Part shown: positions 39,857 through 47,714 of the stretch, one piece after another
Position numbering within the stretch: the stretch's first letter is position 1
Layout of the letters: every line of letters begins with the position of its first letter
Program-made: the position numbers and the translations under genes
Notes under the pieces: model-generated
What the model saw: the letters and a program-made list of their open reading frames with translations, nothing else
What the model was told of the DNA's origin: nothing
Database searches by the model: none
Assembly (NCBI GenBank): GCA_039586365.1
Contig: JBDHKN010000001.1
Location: 169,892-233,891, forward strand
DNA length: 64,000 nucleotides
Reading direction: 5' to 3'
Source of the DNA: Gemmatimonadota bacterium
GTDB lineage: Bacteria > Gemmatimonadota > Gemmatimonadetes > Gemmatimonadales > GWC2-71-9

Positions 39857-40557
39857 CCCGACGCGAAGGTGCTGTGTCTCTGGCTCGCCGAGGCCAGGCG
39901 ATCATGGCGATCGCCCTACTTGGGCTCGTAGGCGTGTACGTGCGAGCGCTGGTGTTCACACCAATCGAGCGGACACAGGGCCCAGCACAGAAGATCTTCT
40001 ACGTCCACGCTCCAGCGGCATGGGCTGCCCTGCTGGCCTTTGCGGTGGCGGGAATTCTCAGCTTGATCTATCTGTGGCTGAGGGAGCGCAAGCTGGACAC
40101 CATTGCGGAATCCTCAGCGGAGGTCGGGCTGGCGTTTTCGATCGTAATGCTCACGACCGGGCCCATTTGGGGCAAGCCCATCTGGGGTACTTGGTGGAGT
40201 TGGGATGCACGACTGACATCGACTCTATTCATCTTCCTCCTCTTCGTGGGCTACAAGGTCTTGCGGGGTGCCATTGTAGATCCGGAAATGCGGGCTCGCT
40301 ATTCGGCCGTAATCGGGATCATGGCACTGGTATTGGTGCCGTTCATTCACATGACGGTCTACTTGTTCCGTACGCTTCATCCCGACCCCGTTCTGATGAA
40401 ACCCGGTCGGCCCGCACTCCCGGGGGTAATGCTCATCACGTTGCTCATATCGATTGGAGTATTTACGCTGCTTTATGTGGGGTTTCTGATGCAACGCTAT
40501 GCTCTGGCGGTGTTGCGAGACGTCCGGGAGGAGGAGGCCGCAAGTGCAATACCCTGA
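39853..40557 (+). CDS. ccmC: Heme exporter protein CcmC
   Basis: IFYVHAP, WGKPIWGTWWSWDARLT (WWD domain), RTLHP. Confidence 0.93.
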   Translation: MTRREGAVSLARRGQAIMAIALLGLVGVYVRALVFTPIERTQGPAQKIFYVHAPAAWAALLAFAVAGILSLIYLWLRERKLDTIAESSAEVGLAFSIVMLTTGPIWGKPIWGTWWSWDARLTSTLFIFLLFVGYKVLRGAIVDPEMRARYSAVIGIMALVLVPFIHMTVYLFRTLHPDPVLMKPGRPALPGVMLITLLISIGVFTLLYVGFLMQRYALAVLRDVREEEAASAIP

Positions 40558-40654
40558 TAACGGTGCCTACATGGTCGCCGCATACATCATTGTGGCAGTG
40601 GTGGTGTTGCTCTACGGAATTTCACTAGCAGTCAGAATTAAGAAGGAGCGCTAG
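40544..40654 (+). CDS. ccmD: Probable CcmD (36-aa single-TM protein)
   Basis: MQYPDNGAYMVAAYIIVAVVVLLYGISLAVRIKKER; SD GAGGAGG 6 nt before GTG; overlaps the ccmC end; absent from the ORF track. Confidence 0.75.
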   Translation: MQYPDNGAYMVAAYIIVAVVVLLYGISLAVRIKKER

Positions 40655-40684
40655 TCACAGTCTGGATGTGTGAGTGAGTTCCGC

Positions 40685-41170
40685 TCATGGCAGATCAGAA
40701 GTAGTGGCGTATTGACCGCGATAGTGCAGCAGGGGTGATCTGTCGGAATGCGTGCCTCCGGTGACCCGGCCCAAGAAGATCGTGTGATCGCCTGCCGGTA
40801 CAGCCTGCCACGGTTCACACACGATCTGTGCCACAACCCCATCGATCAGCGGTACCCCGTCAGGCCCCTCACGCTGATTGACATTGTAGAACCGATTCTC
40901 GGGGGCGCCGCTGAATTGCCGCGATAAGTTCTCCTGGCCCTTGGCCAGCGCATTCACCACGAACACAACTGCGCGGCGCATCAGCTCGTGCAATGGATCA
41001 TTGTGGTTCACGCATACCAACAGCAGAGGCGGTTCGAGCGACACTGCGGATACTGCGCTCGCCGTCATCGCCCCCACCTGTCTCCTGTGGTCAACGGCGG
41101 TGATCACCGTCACTCCAGATGCTACGTGACCCAAGAGCGTGCGGAAGCCTCGCGGTGTAACGGACTGCAT
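40685..41170 (-). CDS. Flavin reductase family protein
   Basis: SGVTVIT, SAVSLEPPLLLVC, AGDHTIFLGRV, PLLHYRG. Confidence 0.92.
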   Translation of the reverse strand: MQSVTPRGFRTLLGHVASGVTVITAVDHRRQVGAMTASAVSAVSLEPPLLLVCVNHNDPLHELMRRAVVFVVNALAKGQENLSRQFSGAPENRFYNVNQREGPDGVPLIDGVVAQIVCEPWQAVPAGDHTIFLGRVTGGTHSDRSPLLHYRGQYATTSDLP

Positions 41171-41226
41171 GGTCGCTGTGGCCTTGCCTTTAGGTGCGAT
41201 CTGTCAACCAAGCCTGCCAAGAGAAA

Positions 41227-41994
41227 TCACAACAAATGCCAAGCCGCCAGGGCTGTCATAGCTCCCACCCCGGTCGCGACCAGGTTTACGGCATCGTTGT
41301 CAAACCAGGCGAGTCCTCGGGTAGCACGTGCGTATCTTCCACAAACATGACGTCGCTGTTCTGTCTTGGCACGGCATGCGTCACAGTAATACGCCGCTTG
41401 GATCGAGGCACCGAACCATGAGTCGGTGAACATCCCCAGGATTCCTCCAACTAGGGCGGCAACACTCGCGTTTGCAGACGCCCCAAGGCATAACGCCAGA
41501 GCCGCTGTCGTGGCGGCACCGCTGACTCCACCGAGTGTGCCGGTGACCGATATTCCTCCGGATGTACCGTGGGGTACCGGTTCTCCGGTGCTCATCAGCC
41601 GAGGCCGTGTGCGTGACCAGGCGCCGATTTCGGTCGCCCAGGTGTCGGCTTGGGCGGCGGATAGGGCCCCCGCAAAGAGTGGCCAGCCGCCAGCCGCCGC
41701 TGGTATAAACGCGGCCACCGCCGCCCATGCACTGTTGGCAATTACCTGGCGTGCGTTTCGCCCAGATGTCTGAAATCCGTAGCGTCCGGAAGAGACCCGC
41801 CGGGACAGTCTCGTAAGGAGACTCCCCGAAACGAAGAACAGCCCCAAAAGGGCTGCTCCGCTGAAGCCTCGACCGACGAGCACTCCAGTTCCAACCAGTA
41901 CTGCAGCAAGGGTGCCCGAAGTTGTGAGCCAGCCCAGCCCCCACCCAGCGAGTGCAAACCCTGCTGCAACTACCGCCGCGCTGGCTGGGCTCAC
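41227..41994 (-). CDS. DUF92/TMEM19-family membrane protein
   Basis: RNARQVIAN, ADTWATEIG, GTSGGIS..G, DSWFGA, DNDAVN. Confidence 0.88.
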   Translation of the reverse strand: MSPASAAVVAAGFALAGWGLGWLTTSGTLAAVLVGTGVLVGRGFSGAALLGLFFVSGSLLTRLSRRVSSGRYGFQTSGRNARQVIANSAWAAVAAFIPAAAGGWPLFAGALSAAQADTWATEIGAWSRTRPRLMSTGEPVPHGTSGGISVTGTLGGVSGAATTAALALCLGASANASVAALVGGILGMFTDSWFGASIQAAYYCDACRAKTEQRRHVCGRYARATRGLAWFDNDAVNLVATGVGAMTALAAWHLL

Positions 41995-42254
41995 TCAGAT
42001 TCGGTCCGGTCCTTGTCGTAGAGTACTCTTTCGAAAACTCGGCGTCTGAGGTGCTCTGGCGCTGCTTTGGCTTGGGTGCGGGCCCGCAGGAACGCCAGGT
42101 AGGCTTCCTCGAACTCGCACAGCTTGAAGCACACCGCGCAATCAGCGAGATGGGCGCGGACGGCTGCCTCTACTTCGGCTGTGAGCTCGCCGTCCAAGTA
42201 CTCGTACAGCCGAGTCGCTGCTGCATGGCAGTCAATGGTCTGGGGGGGCTTCAT
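41991..42254 (-). CDS. Cytoplasmic zinc anti-sigma factor (zf-HC2, RsrA/RshA-like)
   Basis: C...LYEYLDGEL...HLADCAVC; no TM. Confidence 0.88.
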   Translation of the reverse strand: MKPPQTIDCHAAATRLYEYLDGELTAEVEAAVRAHLADCAVCFKLCEFEEAYLAFLRARTQAKAAPEHLRRRVFERVLYDKDRTESE

Positions 42255-42817
42255 CGCTCTGCCCTCTTGATGTAGCCCATCTCGATTGCATAGTCGTACA
42301 GAACCTTTTGTAAGGCTTGACGGGCCCGGAAGAGACGTGATTTGACGGTGCCAATTGGTACAGCCGTGATCTCCGAGATCTCGGCATAGGAGAGTTGTTC
42401 TATGTCGCTCAGCACGAGAGTCTCACGGAACTCCTCTGGAAGCGCGTCGATCGCTCGCAGCACTTCTTCGTCCACTATTTGCTCGAAGAAGTGCCCCTCC
42501 GGGTCGACCTCCTGGACTTGATGAAAGACGGTGTAGCTCTCGATCTGGTCCACATCCACCGTCGGTCCAATCCGCTTGGCTTTGCGATACCGGTTTATGA
42601 ACGTGTGCCGCAAGATCGTGAGTAGCCATGCTTTGACGTTGGTGCCACTCTTGTATTGGTGCCAGGACCGGTACGCCTTTAGCATAGTCTCCTGGGTGAG
42701 TTCCTCCGCTTCGCTCTGATCACCAGCAAGTCGGAGTGCGACCCGGTATACGGTGTCGAGGTGCGGCAGCGCCTCGGTATCGAAGGCGCGTCGGGAATCA
42801 CTAGATACGGTGGACAA
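42251..42817 (-). CDS. ECF sigma factor (SigH/SigR-like)
   Basis: HLDTVYRVALRL, GTNVKAWLLTIL..TFINRYRK, PIGTVKSRLFRAR. Confidence 0.92.
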   Translation of the reverse strand: MSTVSSDSRRAFDTEALPHLDTVYRVALRLAGDQSEAEELTQETMLKAYRSWHQYKSGTNVKAWLLTILRHTFINRYRKAKRIGPTVDVDQIESYTVFHQVQEVDPEGHFFEQIVDEEVLRAIDALPEEFRETLVLSDIEQLSYAEISEITAVPIGTVKSRLFRARQALQKVLYDYAIEMGYIKRAER

Positions 42818-42969
42818 CAGTTAGCTTCCCTGGCGAAGGAGAAACCGATAAGCTCCGAGATTGTTGATACGATAGAATGGCTAGCTGGGCGGCCTCGCGC
42901 AACAGCCCTGGCCTATCTGTTTGGGCGTGACTAACTTGCGCGCCGACTCGAACCGTCAGTGCCAATTCG

Positions 42970-43575
42970 GTGGATACGAAACGCGTCAGTGCTATCGTAC
43001 CTCTGGCAATTCTCCAGACGGTGCGCCATTTGGATCAGCGAGTACCCGAAGGTCTCGACGAATACCGTCGGCTAGGGAACAGCACGACGGTGGCAGCTGA
43101 GATCGAAAGGTACCGCAAGCTGGTGCGTGGCGGCGCAGACGTGGCCGCCGAGGAAGTCGTCCAGCTGTTCCGTCTGATAGCACGCCGTCCAGATGCAGGC
43201 CTGGCTTTTAGCGACGCCGGTAGACGGGCGGCACACGAAGCTGCTGAGGGGCTATCGGTGGCCACGCGTTGTGCGCTTCGTGTTGCGCCGCCGTTCCTGC
43301 GCCGGAGGCTGGGGCTCGCCAGCGCCATGCGGATTGCCGTCCGCGTGTTCGGAATCAACATGGTAATCGACGAACACGACGGTATTGTGGCTGACGCGGA
43401 TCTTCCCTCTGCCCACGGGTCCCCGGACGGCACAGGCTGCGGCTTCTTTGCTGCGGCACTTGCCGAGCTCCTGCGCATGCTGACAGACTTCGACGGGGCC
43501 ATGGTTCACGCTGCCTGTCGTACCCGGGGGGACGGCACCTGCAGGTGGCATACTGGTAAGAACTTACGGTGGTGA
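42970..43575 (+). CDS. Hypothetical protein with a V4R-like C-terminus
   Basis: CGFF...H..CRTRGDGTCRW; 3 nt upstream of the M24 peptidase. Confidence 0.65.
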   Translation: MDTKRVSAIVPLAILQTVRHLDQRVPEGLDEYRRLGNSTTVAAEIERYRKLVRGGADVAAEEVVQLFRLIARRPDAGLAFSDAGRRAAHEAAEGLSVATRCALRVAPPFLRRRLGLASAMRIAVRVFGINMVIDEHDGIVADADLPSAHGSPDGTGCGFFAAALAELLRMLTDFDGAMVHAACRTRGDGTCRWHTGKNLRW

Positions 43576-43578
43576 CAA

Positions 43579-44748
43579 ATGACAGCGTTGGATCGAATCG
43601 ACTTCGCTGAACTGCGTGCGGTCCTCGGTGAGCTTGGTGTTGATGGCTGGCTGATCTTCGATTTTCATGGGGTCAACCCTGTTGCAGGGCGGCTGGTCGG
43701 CTACGAGGGTATGGTGACGCGACGACTCTTCATATGGCTGCCGGCAACAGGATCGCCCAAGTCAATCGTGCATACCATCGACGCCCCTGCCGTGGGTGAC
43801 CTGCCGGGCGAGATCTTGCTTTACACTAGATGGTCAGAGCTGCACCAGCTCCTCGAGAAGACGGTGGGTGGCAAGCGCGCAGCAATGGAGATATCGCCTG
43901 AAGACGCGGTGCCCTATTTGGACCGGGTTCCGGCTGGTGTCATCGAGTTGTTGTACAAGTTTGGTGTTGCCGTGACCCCATCCGACCAGCTGGTCACGCG
44001 GTTTGCCTCCCGCTGGTCTCTGACCGAAATGGAAGACCATCGCCGAGCGGCGGAAGCATTGGCTCGAATTGCCCAAGAGACGCTGCAAACCGTCGTCGGC
44101 CAAGTTGGCGCGGTCACTGAGTACCAGGTTCAGCGACGGGTCATCGCAGCGATGTCTGCGGAGGGGCTGGCGATTGAGGATCCGCCCATTGTGGCTTTCG
44201 GAGCCAACGCTGCCAATCCGCACCACGATCCCAAGGAAACTGACGAACGAGTGCTGGGACCTGACGAAGTCGTACTACTTGACCTCTGGGGCCAGACTCC
44301 CTCTACGGTGTGGGCTGACCAGACTTGGATGGGTTTTTCAGGTGGTGCTCCACCGGACGAGGTGGTCGCTGTATGGGAAGCGGTTCGCGATGCACGGGAC
44401 GCCGCAGTTCAACGCCTGCGCCAAGCGCACGTCACCGGAGAACAGGTAACCGGTGCCCTGTTGGATGAAGCGGCGCGAGGCCTGCTTCGTGAGCGCGGAT
44501 ACGCAGAATCGTTCACGCACAGAACCGGGCACTCTATCGACGGTGACATACACGGATCGGGTCCGCACCTGGACAACTTCGAGACGAACGATATCAGACA
44601 GCTCATTCCAGGTGTGGTGTTCTCGGTCGAACCCGGTGTCTACCTCAAAGGTAGGTTCGGGGTGCGGAGCGAGATTAACGTCATACTCGGGACTGGCGGG
44701 CCCGAAGTTACACCGCGCACTCCGCAGCAGACTCTGATCGTTGCGTAG
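43579..44748 (+). CDS. M24-family (Xaa-Pro) metallopeptidase
   Basis: ANPHH, LLDLW, ADQTW, HRTGHSI, FSVEPGVY, GVRSE. Confidence 0.92.
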   Translation: MTALDRIDFAELRAVLGELGVDGWLIFDFHGVNPVAGRLVGYEGMVTRRLFIWLPATGSPKSIVHTIDAPAVGDLPGEILLYTRWSELHQLLEKTVGGKRAAMEISPEDAVPYLDRVPAGVIELLYKFGVAVTPSDQLVTRFASRWSLTEMEDHRRAAEALARIAQETLQTVVGQVGAVTEYQVQRRVIAAMSAEGLAIEDPPIVAFGANAANPHHDPKETDERVLGPDEVVLLDLWGQTPSTVWADQTWMGFSGGAPPDEVVAVWEAVRDARDAAVQRLRQAHVTGEQVTGALLDEAARGLLRERGYAESFTHRTGHSIDGDIHGSGPHLDNFETNDIRQLIPGVVFSVEPGVYLKGRFGVRSEINVILGTGGPEVTPRTPQQTLIVA

Positions 44749-44845
44749 TTAGGGGGCAGCTGAGGCCCCGGCCTCCCAATCAGCCACCCTCACGACCGCA
44801 ACTCGGTCGGCGAGACACTGTGAGGCCGAGCGTCAGGTGCGGGTC

Positions 44846-45745
44846 TCAAGCTACTACTCGTTCTCCCTTGGCTGACACAAGCCAGACCGCGTAGACCAGA
44901 GCGACCCACACCGCTGTTCCAACTGCCACGTGCACCCCGCGCCAGACGGGTGGCAGGTAGCTGAGAACCATCGCTGCAGCCACTATCACCTGGGCGATCG
45001 TGATTCCCAAAGCAGACCACACGGCTGTTCGAAGCCGATCCGGGACGGTTCTCTTGCGGAGCCCGATGCTCACTCCGATCAGGTGCAGGAACAGCGCATA
45101 GGCCAAGAGCCGATGCATCCAATGGACATGCGGCAGCCCGCTTCCTCCCGATGCGGGCCAGATCTGCCCGTTGCAGAGCGGGAATCCTTGACAGGAGGGG
45201 CCTGCCCCAAGGTTGGCAGTGAGGCCACCGAGGAGTATCACAGCTAGGGCCAATCCGGCTGCTGAGGTGATCGAGCCGCGCGCGAGAGACGTGGCCTGGC
45301 GCGCGCAGCCAGTGCGAAGCCCTGTCACCAGTAAAGCGGCGAGCAGTGCCATCGCTATGCCGAGGTGGAGAACCACGCTGACAGGCGGCAGCTCGAGCCA
45401 GACGGTGACTGCGCCGAGGAGTACCTGCACGAGGAGCAGCACTGCTGCAGCGAGCGCGGGCCCGATTGTGCCATCAGGTCCCGAGCCGCCCGGCAATCGG
45501 CGGTTCCGCACGGCCACTACGGCGACCAAGACGGTCAAAGCACTCAATGCCAGTGCAACCAGCCTGTGAGTCCACTCGAGGACTGCTTTTGCATCGTCCA
45601 GCGGGGGAATCAAACGGCCATTGCACAGTGGCCAGTTGTCGCCGCAACCCAAGCCGGCGTCGGTGATTCGTACGACCGCGCCGAGGACAATCAAGCCATA
45701 GGCACATACCACTGCGGTGAACGATAGGGTCTTCAGTGTCTTCAT
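44846..45745 (-). CDS. ctaA: Heme A synthase (COX15/CtaA family)
   Basis: GLGCGDNWPLCNG, EWTHR, second CQGFPLCNG, HWMHR. Confidence 0.88.
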   Translation of the reverse strand: MKTLKTLSFTAVVCAYGLIVLGAVVRITDAGLGCGDNWPLCNGRLIPPLDDAKAVLEWTHRLVALALSALTVLVAVVAVRNRRLPGGSGPDGTIGPALAAAVLLLVQVLLGAVTVWLELPPVSVVLHLGIAMALLAALLVTGLRTGCARQATSLARGSITSAAGLALAVILLGGLTANLGAGPSCQGFPLCNGQIWPASGGSGLPHVHWMHRLLAYALFLHLIGVSIGLRKRTVPDRLRTAVWSALGITIAQVIVAAAMVLSYLPPVWRGVHVAVGTAVWVALVYAVWLVSAKGERVVA

Positions 45746-45834
45746 GAGCAAGAAAGTACTGCGGGGGGCCGCGAGCCGTAAGCAGGGAGCAGGTCTGTCA
45801 GTCCGATACTGCTAACCGCTGACGGCTCGCTACC

Positions 45835-47250
45835 TCACAGTAGAAACCCGAATGTTAGGAACAGTACTGTGGCTCCCCCAGCGGCGATCAGCGCGTACGG
45901 CAGCTGTGTTCGCACGTGATCAATATGGTCCGTGGCCGAGGCCATCGACGCCACTATAGTCGTGTCTGAAATGGGTGAGCAGTGGTCCCCAAATATCCCG
46001 CCGCCTAACGCTGCAGCGACCGTGAGAGCTGGGTGGAGGCCCACGACCTCGATCATCGGCATCACTATAGGGATCATGATGGCGAAAGTGCCCCAGGAGG
46101 TCCCGGTCGAGAAGGCGATGAAGCATGCCAGCAAGAACACCAATGCAGGGACGAACCCGGGGTTGAGAGACCTCCGTGCCAAATCAGCTACAAACTCCCC
46201 GGTCCCGAGCGCCCTTGTCGTAGCTCCGATTGCGAACGCTAATGAAAGAACGATGACCACCGGTATCAGTCCTTGAATTCCCTTGAGCACATGGTCTGTG
46301 GACTCCTTGATCGTCATTATCCCCTGCACCCGGTACCCGACGACGGCGACCAGCAGGCCGACGATCACCCCCCACAGCACAGCTTGGGACCCGCTGCCAC
46401 TGCGGATGTTGCCGTCGCCGGTAAACCACAAGACGATGGGGACCGTCACCACCATGACCGATATCGGTAGCACCATGTTGCTCGCCCTGAGTGGGGTGCC
46501 TTGCTTCGGCTGGGTCATAGTGACGTCGGCCGAGACCATTGGTTCGGCACCGTCGCGCAGCAGCTTACCCTCTTCAGCAACCCTTCTTTCGGCCTCTTTC
46601 ATCGGACCGATGTCCCAGCCGGTTATGACCACCGTGATGGCAAGCAGGATGGCGAGAATCGCGTAGAAATTGAGTACCAGAGCCCCTGCCAGCAGGGCAT
46701 TGACGTTGGTGACACCTTGCGCGAGCAAGAGGCCCGCGATATAGGCGCCCCATGCGTTGAGTGGGATGAGGATCAGTTTGGGTGCACAAGTGGCGTCGAT
46801 GATATACGCGAGCTTCTCGCGGGAAATCCGGCATCTGTCGAACAGCGGGCGTGCGACGGATCCTGACACGAGGAGGCTGAATGTAGACTCTAAGAAGACC
46901 CCAAAGCTCACGAGAATTGTCAGCAGGCCGACCGAGCGCTGTGACTTCGCCAGTCCGCGGTTATCGATCCAACCGACGAACCCGTCGGTGCCACCAGACG
47001 CCTGTGTTAGCGTGATCATGGCTCCGATCAGGGAGCTGAACATCAGGACTCTGGCGTTGTCGGGGTTTGTGACCTGCTCCACAAAGGCCTCCACCGACTG
47101 AATCAGGCCAGTCACCGGATTCCACGAACTCATGATGGTCCAGCCCAACCACACAAAGAGACCCAAGGAGAGGTAGACCTGTTTGGTCTTGATCGCGAGA
47201 GCGATGGCGACGACAGGCGGTAGGATGGAAAGCCAGCCGAACGTCTCCAT
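45835..47250 (-). CDS. Na+/H+ antiporter NhaC-family protein
   Basis: WLSILPP, SREKLAYIID, AFSTGTSWGTF, FGDHCSPISDTT, HV.TQLPY. Confidence 0.88.
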   Translation of the reverse strand: METFGWLSILPPVVAIALAIKTKQVYLSLGLFVWLGWTIMSSWNPVTGLIQSVEAFVEQVTNPDNARVLMFSSLIGAMITLTQASGGTDGFVGWIDNRGLAKSQRSVGLLTILVSFGVFLESTFSLLVSGSVARPLFDRCRISREKLAYIIDATCAPKLILIPLNAWGAYIAGLLLAQGVTNVNALLAGALVLNFYAILAILLAITVVITGWDIGPMKEAERRVAEEGKLLRDGAEPMVSADVTMTQPKQGTPLRASNMVLPISVMVVTVPIVLWFTGDGNIRSGSGSQAVLWGVIVGLLVAVVGYRVQGIMTIKESTDHVLKGIQGLIPVVIVLSLAFAIGATTRALGTGEFVADLARRSLNPGFVPALVFLLACFIAFSTGTSWGTFAIMIPIVMPMIEVVGLHPALTVAAALGGGIFGDHCSPISDTTIVASMASATDHIDHVRTQLPYALIAAGGATVLFLTFGFLL

Positions 47251-47714
47251 AGAGTGCACCTGTTCCCCTGTGAGTGCGGGTTTCTGACACCGCGCCGAGC
47301 CTGGGGCTGCCCTCGGCGGACCGACCGAAGGTAACGGTAGGGGAGGCAGCTGCCAATTAGCGCTGAGGGGGGCTTCACGTCTCCAGGCGCTCCGTGGTGC
47401 GGCGCAGTTAGGTGTGAAATCCTCGTGCGAACATCCGTTCAGGTTGGTGGCGTTGCTGGGGCAGCGAGAGTTCCCAATACTCGCTCCAGAGCCTAGAACG
47501 TGGATTTGGCAAACCAGCCGAGGAGACGTCCATGGGCACCGCAGATCAAGTCACCAAGCCCTTACTTGACGGAGTCCGAAACGCGACTCAGACTTTACTC
47601 TGCCCTTGTCAACGCAGTTAGTCATTGCTCAGGAATCTTCAGTTGTTAGTCGGACTCTCTCCAAGATCAGACCAACTATTGTTGGATCAGCCTTTGTATG
47701 GAAGGAGGCTATGT

